Origin: Kudoa neothunni
Taxonomy: Eukaryota > Animalia > Cnidaria
NCBI GenBank assembly: GCA_964304625.1
Contig: OZ199840.1
Span: 10,881,224-10,945,223 of the forward strand
Length of the DNA stretch: 64,000 bases
Direction of reading: 5' to 3'
The notes under the pieces were generated by a model. The model saw only the letters and a program-made list of their open reading frames with translations, was not told the origin of the DNA and ran no database searches. The position numbers and the translations under genes are program-made. This document shows positions 13,701-26,113 of this stretch, piece by piece (position 1 is the first letter of the stretch; every line of letters begins with the position of its first letter).

Positions 13701-14963
13701 TTCAATATATTCAGGGCTTGGTTTTTTCATTAAATAGGAAATCTTGGGTTTTTGTGGAAAACCTGTAAACATTAAAGAATGTCTAAATTTTTTTATGTAT
13801 AGCATTAATATTTATATGTTTAAGATGTATCCCATTCAGATTATATCATGCAGTAGCGTTTCCCGACTAAAATTGGACTCGCACCCCCATTTGATGACAA
13901 AACAAAATCTGCACCCACTTACATATGATAAGATGTAACTGACTCAAAATTTATCAAAAATTATTTTCTATTTTGCTCGAATCTCGCACCTCAAACCCAT
14001 AGTTCATAGTTCACAGTTCACAGTTCACAGTTCACAGTTCACACCCTTAGTGATGTGGGAACCACTGTCATGCAGGGTTTAAACACTTGCGGTATTGAAC
14101 GACAACACATTATTAAAACATTTAAACGTTATTTCAAAATATATTTGGAACTATGAAGTAATAAACTGTGAGTGTATTGATCTACACTAGACATTAAGTA
14201 TGAGTGAGTGTTCGTGCCAAAATGTTGCTATCATACCACGATATATTTAAATTCAGTCATTGAATTTAAATTTATTGAATCGGAGAAGAGTTAAAAACTT
14301 TAATAGATACGATTCTATTTTTTGTTGTATTTAAATTAGTTTTTTATCCAAACTTGGATTTTTTGACCGTCAACCCTGAATATATCGGTCCATACGCACA
14401 TATAAATATCATACCAATAAAATTTGAATCATCCGGCCCCGGAATCTTTTCCATTTTCTCATTCTCTCCAATTAATTCTGGTAATTTGTCGTAGGGTTGT
14501 TGGCTTATCGACTTTTTCAATTCACAATCCAAAAACATCTCTTCACTGAGTAAATTATCACGATAATTTTCAAATTCCACATTCTCCATAGGAATTATAT
14601 CTTTTAATGAAGGCTCAAACTGCAAAAATTCGGTTGTAGCTTCCTAATGAAAGAAATATCCCTCTAAATCTCACATAAAAATGAATTTCACCTCCATCAA
14701 CATATTCAACTCTAGTTTAGTGTCAGTATTAGAGACCTAATTAAATAAAAAAAATTATTTCTCTACTAGCAGGTGTTGCAATGATACCATTGATTTCAAT
14801 GAGTGACAATGGTCCTACATCATTCAATTAGAAATTGTCTTAACTATTCGAATAGTTAATTCACATTAGAGTGTGTGGAATCATTCACGGAAAAATCCAA
14901 ATCATCATAAACAATAAAACTATTTTCTCCAAACACAAACGCCCTATCACCTGCTAATGACAT
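1748..14963 (-). CDS. VPS8: Vacuolar protein sorting 8 (CORVET subunit): WD40 propeller, helical solenoid and C-terminal RING-H2; multi-exon
   Basis: Exon fragments follow the order of metazoan VPS8 motifs: FTAIASD..YIGTNTG (~13200), VVIWDIKLGKII (~12650), ILAVATS (~12270), VFVVGL (~11750), WIDSETFFRID (~7550), LYGPYLYMFNQGLHEYCEP (~5680), LFLAREIVHNPNTVSVNKAIF (~5000), YEKSHQYEELIKLYL (~4530), RING-H2 C-x2-C..FECGHWEHKVC..CSKC (~2040-2245), FDQLQKKHRS then IYENFENFLE*. The 5' exons (14963-14410) join by open GT-AG splicing, but the exact start is less certain. Confidence 0.88.
1808..1848. repeat. (TAAA)n microsatellite inside the last VPS8 intron
   Basis: Run of aataaataaataaatagataaataaataaataaataaa. 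It explains the spurious IYLF repeats in the ORF track. Confidence 0.9.
10700..11308. mobile_element. Tc1/mariner-pogo (Tigger-like) MITE in a VPS8 intron
   Basis: TA|CAGTCGAACCTCTATTATCCGG ... CCGGATAATCAAGGTTTGACTG|TA: imperfect TIRs, TA target-site duplication, non-coding interior. Confidence 0.85.
13740..14290. repeat. Dispersed repeat, with an inverted copy at ~32200-32565; this copy is interrupted by a hAT MITE
   Basis: Colinear similar blocks: atcttgggttt.., ttcagatta..atgcagggtttaaaca.., gaactatgaagta.., tattgatcta.., acattaagtatga.tgagtgtt. Confidence 0.8.
13854..14067. mobile_element. hAT (Charlie/MER5-like) MITE containing a 7-bp tandem repeat
   Basis: Exact 8-bp TSD TCATGCAG at 13846-13853 and 14068-14075. 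Ends are TAGCGTTTCCC / GGGAACCACTG. Internal (AGTTCAC)n at ~14001-14042. Confidence 0.85.
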
Positions 14964-15303
14964 TGCTATTGAGATCGCCGACTTAAGGTTTAACGATTAC
15001 GGATTATTTCGTTTCGAAATTGATGAATCGGTGTTATTTTTTAAAATTAGAGCTATGTTACGAAGTTTATTTAATTTTTTAGATCTGTGTGTGCGTAGCT
15101 TGAAATTATATGTTAATTTTTATCGCCTGAATGATCATATCGTAATATATTTTTGACTGTAATCCTTATTTGTTGGTTGACAATTAGAAGATATTAATTT
15201 ATTTTATACTAACGTCAAAATATTTAGATAGAATTATTGATTTTCAATTAATTTTTAAAAAATATATAAAAATAGCGAAAAATATGTTCATTCTTTAAAT
15301 TAA

Positions 15304-17662
15304 CCCTCTAAATAACTTGAAAAGTCACAAATAAGACTAAAAACTGAAGTGTATTTCTACCCCACATTTTTTTAAATTTTTTCGTAGTAAATATAAATTA
15401 TGTTGTTTATACAAATTTTAAGCAATATCCATCCACAAAGTATTGTAAAAAAAGCGTAATAATATGCCAACACATTTCACGCGTGCGCATTTAATGGGTG
15501 AATTTAAGTTTTTGATGATTTAATTATATTCTAAAATAAGGAAAAGCCAGTATATAATAATAAAATTTTATTTATTATTAATCTATAATATTTTGAACAG
15601 TTTAACGTTATTAAACAAACTTAATCTCGATATAAATGAGACAAGATGTTAAATAACAGAAATAGTATTATAACCAATTCAAACCATTTTAGAATGTTTT
15701 CTGCAACATGACGCGTTGCAACTATGACATGTTGCTGAGGTTTAATGATCTTTTTTTCTTTCACACAATTAAAATCTTTGAGTCGAAATTTTTTGAGCGT
15801 TTCTAAACCGCTTTTCAACTCTCTACCCATCCTTTTTAAATAATTTCTCCTGCTTACGTTGGTTTGATGAAATATTTCTTTATAAACTGGAAACCCATTT
15901 ATCAATGAAATATCAACCATGTTGAAGAATACAATCAGGGGCCAGCGTCTAGTGAATCTTCTTACACTTACCGATACAAGTAATCGAGAAATAGCATCAA
16001 TTCCCCCCTTTGCAGAATTATAATGGACTATTACATTGCATCAGTCTTATAAGGCTCTTCTTCGGAAACTTTGGTATTAGTTGCAGAGATGCACAACATA
16101 TACACAGGTTTGTTTCTCTTGGGCAATTGTCTTAAAATCATCTTTTTAATATCAAACACAAACAGAGAAGAGTTGACAGGAGTATTTTGCAATGGTCTTA
16201 AATATGGCGGAATTTCTCTTTTATTAGATCTCAATATCCCAAGTAAGGTTAGTATTTTTCTTAACAGTTCGTCGGCCAGTTCTACAGACGTGAAAGAATT
16301 ATCACAAACTAAATTTCGACCAGAACCATGCAACAATACAACAATACGACAATGCAACAACGCAACACTGTAAAAATGTAACAATGCAACAATGTAACAA
16401 TTTAAGGGGTTAAATAACTTCAATACTATGTTTTTCCGATGTTTGTTGTCTTTTTATCTAGTTGGTTCTGCTTTCCCAAATAGACGTCGATATTATATAC
16501 ATTGGTTGATCTAGGATCAATTGCGAGATAAAACTTAATGCCATATTTTGCTCGTTTGCTAAGCATGTATTGCTTAAATGGGTAACGTCCTCTGAAAGAA
16601 ACTAACTGCTCATCAATGCATACATCCTCAAATGGACAGAAATTACGTGTAAGCAAATTCCTCCCAATGGTCCAGACGTCCCGAATATGGCAAAATTTAT
16701 CAGACTCTTTTCCCAGCTCTCGACTCTCGAGTTGCCAGATCATTATAGTCATCAAATTTAACAGCTCTTGTAATTCGCCTGAATCTATTAAGACAAAAAA
16801 GATCTCTATAAATTTGTCGACCTTCGTCAACTCCAAATAACTCCAATTAATTCCAAGTAACTCCAAGTAACTCCGAAATTGGTTCCTATCGGTCTTTACG
16901 GATAGCCATTAACAACAGACATCCAATAACACCCTCAAATTCGGTTTCATCGAAATTATTCAACTACTGCCAAAATGATAAGCATCAAATAAATTTGAAA
17001 ATTTTAGGATTATATCGTAAACTTCTTGACTCGAAAATAGTCGGAATATATCACCTAAATTAATCAATCTCAATAAAGCGAAAGGTGATACACTAGGACG
17101 ATTATTAAAAATATTTTCTGATCCATTTCTTGAAATTATTGGCTTATTAACTGATTAGAAAAATCCAATTTTGTCAAGCAAAGAATCGGTGGCCAATTCA
17201 ACGCCATCATCAGATAAATCAGATGGGATTTTATGAGATTTTATGAAGAAGTGAATTTTCAACATCGAGATAATCAAAATCGAATCAACTATCGCAGTAA
17301 TCAGAGGAAGCACTCATAGTTTAAATGAAGGCGTGCACACAAATATAATGTGTCACTAATATATTGTTATTTAATCAATGTTTTATCGACCAAATTTCCT
17401 TAAACCTCAAATATAAATATTATTTTTTATTTCTTACAATTTTATCTAAAAAAATCAGGGTCGATTTATATCCCATTTTTACCCCATTTTTATTTAGGTG
17501 TTTTTGATTTTTTAAAATGCAAATACTCTATTACATTTTTGTAAAGATCTCTATAATATAGAAGATTACATGAAATCAAAATCAAATTAACAACCATTTA
17601 CGTTTAAAAAATGTCGTCATAACATGCGTGGGGCCGAAATACACCCCATTTTATTTAGGAGG
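15304..17662 (-). mobile_element. piggyBac DNA transposon with decayed transposase
   Basis: TTAA|CCCTCTAAATAA ... TTATTTAGGAGG|TTAA. Transposase motifs IDEQLVSFRGR..KYGIKF, GRNLVCDNSFTS, GILRSNKREIP and NSAKGGIDA..RRWP are present, with frameshifts and stops. Confidence 0.93.
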
Positions 17663-18765
17663 TTAATATACGCATTGGAGAAATTAAAATTATTTTATAG
17701 TATCATACTTTGAAGGTTGTATTTAGCTGAATTAAAATTAATATCATTTTAAGAGCATAAAAATAGCGAAAAATATATAATTAGTAAAAAACGTACGAAA
17801 ATTAATATCCCGTTATTCGGGAGGAATTTTAAGATATTCTTTATTACAAGCGGCTGCTTAAAACATTATTATCAACCCGAAGAGCTTTAAAGTTTTGATA
17901 AAATTAAATTAAAGTATCTTTATTAAATGGAATGTTAAAATTTAGATTTGGTGTGAAGTTTTAAAAAAATCCTGATGTCACAGAGCTTTTAATTGTTTTT
18001 AATAGCATGCACAACCAGTTCACTATTTATTATGACTTATTAAGTAGGCATGCATCTTTTCGTCATATTTAATGATATTTATAATACGACCTATGTTTAT
18101 TTTTCAGACCGTACATTTAAAAAGTCTCTATGGGCAAAGTGAATTTAACACAATGCTATTGTATATACAGATGGATGAAATTGTTTAATTAATAGTTGAA
18201 CATAGCTAATGAGAAAGATTAATACCTTGAACTAACCATCTTTATTGAAAAAAGCGATTTTAATCCTGTTATTAACATTGTTTAACCCGATAACAAATTT
18301 AAAACGGATCTCGTTAAAATTTTCCGTTTTTAGAGTCTTTATTTGAAAAAAAAAATTAAAAAATACTTAAACTATTAAATAATTATATAAATATTTGTTA
18401 TAAGAGAAGTTATTTATTATTAACACACATATTTAGAGGAACGCTACAAATATAAGTAAATTATTAATTTATCTATAAATATAGAATAAATATAAGTGAA
18501 ATAATAATTATCTTTAATAATGATTGTGTATCTTGACATATTCAAATGGGAATAAAAAAAATATCAAAATTAGGATCTAAAACAATGATTGATATGATAA
18601 TTAAATTCATAGTCTAATTTAAAAATTCTACATTCAATATATGAATAAATATTCCAAATAAATAGAACAACGCTCAGGACAAAAATCTACAGTCATTTGA
18701 AGGTTTGAGATGTCTAAATTGTTTTGACAAACATCCAGAATAATTGTTGTATATATATTTTGTAG

Positions 18766-19598
18766 CTATTCGTATGAAATATCACTTTTCGAGTTATCTT
18801 CGGTGCATGATGAAGATTCTAATTTGAAATCTGAAAGATCCTATTTCATGAATACGTCTTAATGTAATCGAGTTTATTCAATTACCAAGTCGAAATTGTT
18901 GATAATCTGGGTTATCATCGGAGCATCTTTGTTGGGAACCAATTTTTCAATATTATTAATATTTTTCCCCAATAAGCTAGCTTCCGTAATTTTTGTTAGA
19001 ATTTCTTCTTTAATATCCTGACCAGCATCAGGCTATAATCGGTACTTTTTAGAGAAGATTCCCATTATGATTTCTTACGAGAGTAACAGATTCCAAATGA
19101 AACATGGTCAATGTTTTTATCATTTTAGAGTGTTGTAAATAATCCATTATAATTATCTTGGCAATGTAATCTAAAATCAGGGTGGTTCAATACAAATCTA
19201 ATAATTGGTATTTTATACCGTATATTTTATTATTTTTAGATTGTTGGCAATCTTCAGAGTCGCTAAGGTGTGTCGATGAGTTTGAATTCACCTAATAATC
19301 CGGTAAAATGAAAACCTCAAAAGAAATCATAATAGTCTACGTTGGGAGCAACGCTGATACCAGATGCTTCAAATTTCTAAATGAAATAAACATCTCTCCA
19401 TAAATTTAACAGCAACTTTATTGTTAACTAAAGCTGAAAATATTTCTGCCCGTAGTTTCGCCTAAATAAAATACACAGAATTGTTTGGTTTTTAATACGA
19501 TCACATACCTTGAAATCATCAATAAAATCTTCATTTAATACATACTTAAGAATAGAATGCTTCAAACTCTTCTCCAGCATTTCCTCCTTCATATCCAT
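18766..19598 (-). CDS. FOP/CEP43-FOR20(CEP20)-TON1 family LisH protein, about 170 aa, 7 exons
   Basis: Not in the ORF track. Spliced: MDMKEEMLEKSLKHSILKYVLNEDFIDDFK|AKLRAEIFSALVNNK|..|..YIAKIIIMDYLQHSKMIKTLTMFHLESVTL|..DAPMITQII..|..ISYE*. KAKLRAEIFSAL matches the TOF motif, DYLQ..TLTMFHLES is LisH-like, and PMITQII is PLL-like. Confidence 0.72.
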
Positions 19599-22500
19599 AT
19601 TGTTAAGCCTATTAGTAAGATCCTCATAAAATCCTTATCCCTTTATCGTAATTAATTTTGTTGGTTTGAAAACGAAATCCAACAGGAATAATTGATTCGC
19701 TATTGGCAATATAAATATTTTATAACTTTATTTAAATACTTGTAATTTTTCTTTTAGCCCATTCTAAAATTTTCTTGTTGGAGCCCCTCAATAATACTGA
19801 ATATAGTATTCGATGAACATAAAAATTTACACAAATCTATTTCAATAACTATTATTCTTTAAATAGATATTATTCTTTAATGTAACTGTATCTTTAGCAA
19901 AAAAACTGTCATTAATTAATCCCTTGTTCTTATTATCTGATTGGTCTTAATTAACTTCAAATAAACATTACCAAGTGACTATTTAACTGATAAGCAATAA
20001 CTCTTAAACTAATATAAATTAAAATGAAAAATTCTTGCAATCATTGCTCAACAAATATTTATTCGACTTTCATTATGGTATTCAAAAATAAATTCAATTA
20101 CAGTTACGCAGAGAAATTTGATAGAATAATTTATACAATAATCCAACTTGTGCCATGCATGCTATAAAGCTTGTGAGATAATTCTTCTTATATTTAAATT
20201 GAGAAATTTTTAAACGATCCTGATCCTAACGGTTAAAAAATGCATAGATTTAAAAATACATTTATAAAACTGTGTATTTTTTTGTGGAAGGCATGGGAAT
20301 AATTTTGATAGACCTTTTATATTTTATCATTATTATCGTATGTAATGATGAAAACAATGTTGGAAGAATTGGATAGGGAACCTGGAAGCGTCTGGACAGT
20401 TGATAAAGTTAAAAACTTAGTATCTGACAAAAATTCGGTATAAGTGCGCATTTTTGGTTCATTATTTTTTGACGTTTAGAAAAAAATTGATGGAGGGGTC
20501 GAATGTTACTATAAAAAAAACTCAACATAGTGAAGTTTAAATTATTTACATAATATACTTCTATATTCAGAAGCAACTTTACCATATCCAACACTAAAAA
20601 TTTGATTAAAGCGGTTGCAAATGACGTTTATTTGTTTATTTACATGTGTGGTTGATGGAGCTGAAAAAATTACCAAGTAAGAATTATAAAATTATATTTT
20701 CTCTGTTGATAAAGACAAAGTAAAACTTTTTAATAATAAAATAAGGAATATGTTGTATTCTATTCAATCGGTTGAATTCTGAATTTCAGAATGACTGCAC
20801 TTTCTACGAGTTTAAAAATATCTCATTTTACAAAATCAGAAACATTGGTAGCGTATGTAGCTTTCATGGTTTTTCCGAAGGAATGTTTCTAACTATACGT
20901 CATTCGCGGTAAAATAAATGGGGAGGACATTCCCCTCGACCTCTATTTTACATTTTACTCGGTGAAAAAAGTGAATTAATGTTAGTGTATGGAAGAAATG
21001 TTAAAATTAAAAAAAACTACCATATATATTTTCTATTTAGTCATATCATTGATTTATATTAGTCTTCATTTAATTCATTTTAGAAAATAATCACGTAATA
21101 AAATTAATTTTACCCTTCTATTTTGGGCAATATATTTGGAAGAAGGTGCCAAAGTTCAGATCGTCTATCGACTACAAGAAGGACTCGATTTAAGCTTATA
21201 TCTAAGAGTCAAATGCATTCTAACATATCAATATTACCTTCAATGCATCAAGATTAGGAAGAAAAACCACCACATATAAATTGATTTCACGGAATACGTA
21301 CGACCATGTCGGAGCTAGAGTTGAGTAAACATCAAATGCAGCCGAGCTATTTGAAATCATTTTTATTCGAGTTTTGATCATTCAAATTCAGGTTTTACCA
21401 CATTTTCTGACAAGTTTAATTGAGCAAAATATTAATTTTTTTCTGTGTAAAAAAAAACAATAATTATAAGATTAATTATTGTACAGAGAAACTTGAAAAC
21501 TTAAGGTTCATATAATAAAATTACCCGAAATATTATAATCTATACCGTTTAGAAACCATCGCCAAAACATACTGATTGAAAATAGATGATTTTAGATATA
21601 TGCAGTCAAACCTGGATGCCGGGAAAATTTGGAACCAATGATTTGATTGGAGGTGGGGGGTAGCGAGGTTTATCGAGCATAAAAAACGTCTCACACGCGA
21701 GTATTTTTCAAAATTTCTATTTAAGAGATTGTTTGCTTGATGTACAAACACTTTTTACTATTTATTAAGGAAAACAGTTTAACTTAAGTCAAAAATATTT
21801 CCATTTCTTTAAAATGCGAATACGGACAACACTTCATAGAAAAAACAATGCATATTTATGTTACAAAAGTACATCTACAGAGGAGCTATCTACTTTTGTA
21901 CATAATCGGTAATTAATGTTTGTGTAATATACACATAGACATATGTTCAGGTATAGTACAAATTTATATAAGAAATGAATGCGTAACTTAAGTTTAAACC
22001 GAAAAATTAATAAAAATATTACCTAAAAATATTTTTGTTTTAGATACTGCATTAATATATATATATACATATATTAATTATATATCGTACGGTGATTGGT
22101 GGTAGCTTTATCCAGAAATATGATTTAAGAGTTGTCCCCTATAATAATTAATAATAATTAATTAATAATAATAATAATCGAGCATTTATCGACACATAAC
22201 ATCAATAAAATCCAAATAAAATTTAAAATACCTCCCGACTAAAATCGAGATTCGACTGTATAAATATAATTAATTGATAGATACCTTCTATTTATTTATT
22301 TATTTATTTATTTATTATCACTCATGTATTTAACAAAAAAATGAATATTCGTCAGGTATCCAGTGTTCGTATTACGGAATGAGTTAACTGGATCGATAAA
22401 TTCATTTCCAAGATTCAATGGAAGCGTAAAAATTGATGAATTGATTCGTGGAATACATTCATCAACAAAAAATAATTAGTCTGTAAGTTATATTGTTCCA

Positions 22501-22781
22501 ATGAAATTTTAACTTAAAATTTCACAAGGGACATTTTTAAGACGAAAACGAATAATTTCGATAAATGTTGCCAATTAATCGATATTAAATATTAATGCGC
22601 CATTTGCTTTGAAGACCTACCTACTGAATGAATGAATGAATGAAATTGTTAATTGTTCAGCAAATTTTTTAACTCATTAGACTCAATAACACGCGAAAAA
22701 TCAATAAGACGACAATCACATTAAATAATGTACAAAATAATTACAATATCTTATAAGGTTATTGGGTTGGGTTGGATTGGA

Positions 22782-23617
22782 TTATAAAAAACGACAACGC
22801 TTTGATGTTTTTTTTGGACAAAGGTAATAGGAGGACTTGTAGTTTTCGAGGAAATCAAGTTGTCTTAGATTGATAGCGCCACGACGTTGATGTCTAATGT
22901 ATTCGACCGCATCCAAAAAATTCATCCCAGCTTCCACCAGCGCAATAGCAACAAGAACCGGCGCTCTAATTAACATCAATTCGTCTCAGTTTATTGTTGA
23001 TTACCTGCCAAGACCTGCCACACAATGAATGGCGATTTTTGAATCAGGATACATCGAAAATTGAGCCTTAACATTCTCCAGAAACAGATCTATAATATGT
23101 TTTGGAGGTGGAAATCCATCTTCAAATTGATAATCCTGACAGAATGTTCGAATAAATTAGTTTGATTGTCACACAGTCATTTAACCACTCAAAAATTTAC
23201 CGTCACAGTTATTCCTTGTTCGATGATTGGTTCGGTTGGATAGTCGGATTCGCACACACGAATAACCTGCTTAACGTTGTGTTTCATCAGATCATGGATG
23301 TAACAGCTTAGGTTGGCTTTTGCCGGCCGATCGGTGATCAGAAAATTCAACCCATTATACTCAATAACACCATAGGTCAATGAGAAGTGATCAGGAGGAA
23401 GATCGTTTATTCCAATAACCCCTATTTTTCTGAGTTTGTTATGCAATTTCACGTCGTCCGAGTTGACCGTAGTTTTGCAGGCCAGCTCCGAATGGTTTTT
23501 GTTGGGGATTAAAAATGGTGGGCTGTTTTTGTCTGAGTGGAGAGAACAAAAAAAATTGAATGAACGCAAAATCGTATGGATGTTTTTACCGTAATGTGGG
23601 TTTGTTCCACCATTCAT
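22782..23617 (-). CDS. PTP4A: PRL/PTP4A prenylated tyrosine phosphatase, 3 coding exons (23617-23201, 23135-23005, 22965-22782)
   Basis: Motifs FLITDRP, IRVCE, DYQFEDG..PP, P-loop HCVAGLGR|APVLVAIALVE, RRGAIN..QL, a polybasic stretch and CAAX-type end CRFL*. Confidence 0.96.
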
Positions 23618-24215
23618 TGTGTTCGATAGCCCAAAATAAATACTCTAACACAACAATGAGTTGATCTTATGATGGTAGTTGTTGATGAGAGGAGATAGAT
23701 CAGAACTACCAACTCTAAAGGTTGTTTGGTAGTGACTGCAGAATGTTTATAATCTACGGACTGTAACGATTGCACCCGCTTGTTTGCTTTGTTGGGTATG
23801 CGCAAAGGAGTTGCCGTTGTTTTTTTCTCTGTACATGCTCCAAAAATTATACTTATCGGATATATTATAATCTACTGATATTTTTGCTCATAATAAATCC
23901 AATTATTGTTATCAATGAAATACGCCTAATCCTTTATTTTTTATCAACTATTAAATTTTCTACATAATTTGAATTGTAACGCTTCAACAGGATTAATAAT
24001 GGCTAATTCTGAGGTAAGAGAGGAGGTTACTGCTGTCTCATCTTTACATCTATCTAGATATATATAGATACATAGATAGGTGGTATATAGACTGTTATGT
24101 TTTAAAAATACGACAGTGCAGTTTTATGAGAACAACTGTTTGATTTGTTAGCCGACACTTCCAAAAGAATCGGAGTTAGGATAAAGCAAATATTGTTGGC
24201 CTCGATGTTATATTA

Positions 24216-24763
24216 TTAGGAGTCGGTGTGTTTCAAATAGAAACACTGACACATTTTTAATCCCACATTATTGAATAGATGAAAATAACACCTGATGCAG
24301 TACAGCAGGTCAAACACAATTTTTATATGAAAATACATCAAAAGTTTTAACGAAAAAATATAATTCAAATGTATTCCAATAAAACGAATGATTCAAAATT
24401 CATCCGTTAAGAACGTACGAAACACCAGGCACAATGAACATTAACTGGTAAACCACATGTAGAACTCTATTCAATAGCAATCAAAGCTACACACAACAGT
24501 AGCAACATACTTGCCAAAAACCTTCTCTGAAGGCAACATGGCACCTGATCTCGACCAAATACTCATTTTATTTTTCATATCCAACGGTCTTGACTATAAC
24601 AGAGTAGAAGAGAATTAGTTGAAAAACCAACAGTGTATACCCATATGTAGACCATTGTGCGCAAAAAATCATCGTCCTGATGACGTAACCTATTTGCGCA
24701 CATATATCGGTTAACTGCATAGCAGCTTATTTTGGGCGCAATCCTTTGAATTCTCTGTGACAT
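24216..24763 (-). promoter_or_regulatory. Putative spliced PRL 5' leader with two overlapped uORFs
   Basis: uORF-A, 24763-24575, 62 aa. Its TGA overlaps the ATG of uORF-B at 24578 (ATGA). uORF-B stays open across two GT-AG introns (24510-24467, 24418-24292) to a TAA at 24216. The region is visibly more GC-rich than the flanks and on the same strand as PRL. Confidence 0.5.
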
Positions 24764-26065
24764 TTTGAATATGGTTGCGCCTGCGATAGAGGATCGTTTT
24801 CATGCGACGATTTGCGGATGGTGTTAGTTAGCTGCGCGAGATTGTATGTGTTTAATCCAATTATTAAACTGCGCATGTGAGAAATGATAATTTCAAATCT
24901 TCGATAGGGTACTTTTATCGATTATACATAAATTATGCATTGAATATACCAGAATCCATGATAGATTATGGAAAACAGAAGTTTTTGATAATTGTCAATT
25001 TTTATCATAAATTCACAAATGGCATATATGCTTGTGAATTGTGAATTTTTAATCACAACAACTCTTATTCATAAACTGTATACAGATAGAATTGAATATA
25101 GTTCAAATTAGCCACATTCGAATGTATTTATCGCACCTATATCAACTAATTCCTTTCGAAAATCATACCTTAAGGCAGGGCTGCTTCTCAACCAGGGGAA
25201 AATTTTGAACGACAGTGGGTAAATTTAATGATATCAAAATTGGATATGATAATTTTTGTATAAGGAAATTTGTTACTTATTTATTATTTTCATGGATTTG
25301 TATTATTAAGGGCTATTAAACCAAATTAAGATGATGGTAGAAATGTTTTCAATATTCATTATTTAACAATTATTTATTTACATTGCTATTATCATTTTCC
25401 TTGTTCTATATCATGTTTTTTTAAATTTAATAATGCATCTGAATAATACTTAAATAAAAATATCAACTTAAAGTACATATGAATTTAGATTCCAACTTAA
25501 AGGGGTAAAATTTAAAAAATAGTTGAGATAAAAAATATTACAAATTTTTAAATTTATGTATTAAATTATTTATAGATGATTGTACTTATTTTGAATTTAT
25601 TTTACTCATTATATCCGGTGAAAACCAACTCATATAATATGAGTCATATTCCGTTGATTAATCCTCTTAAATACTGCGGCCTATACCTGATTAGATCGTT
25701 GAACATTAATTTACGTAAAATTTTATATGATCTATTCAAAGAAAATTACATATTTTTATTAAAAATATTGTCTGATAAATGAAAGTGGAAGTAGAATTAA
25801 GCTTAATTAACATTTTGATAAAGTTATTTTTTTATTACGTTGAAAAATGCATAATGTGTGATTAAATAATTTTACGATGTAACTTTTGTGAAGGTATGAA
25901 AATCAATGGAAACTTGAACATTTTTTCTGCATCTTTCTGGATTGGTAGGTAGTGGTTGATAAACAATTTCTGAGATTTCATTTAGAAAATTACACCCCAG
26001 CTTATTTTATCACGAATTAGAGTTTTGTAGCTTGAAAATAGAATTATTGCAAATAACTCTATCAT

Positions 26066-26113
26066 TATAATAATAATAATAATAATAATAAATAATAATA
26101 ATAATAATAATAA
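26066..26113. repeat. (AAT)n microsatellite
   Basis: Uninterrupted taataataat... run. Confidence 0.95.

Noticed and set aside
13998-14042. Short tandem repeats as a possible CRISPR array
   Set aside because: The 7-bp units have no spacers, the context is eukaryotic and there are no cas genes. No CRISPR array was found anywhere in the window.
20040-21300. Faint transposase-like fragments (mariner HTH-like and others)
   Set aside because: Too degenerate to assign; no TIR or TSD found.
24868-24880. NRF1-like TGCGCATG motif upstream of the PRL leader (a similar one lies near TXNDC9)
   Set aside because: Partial match only, and similar words occur in introns and intergenic repeats.
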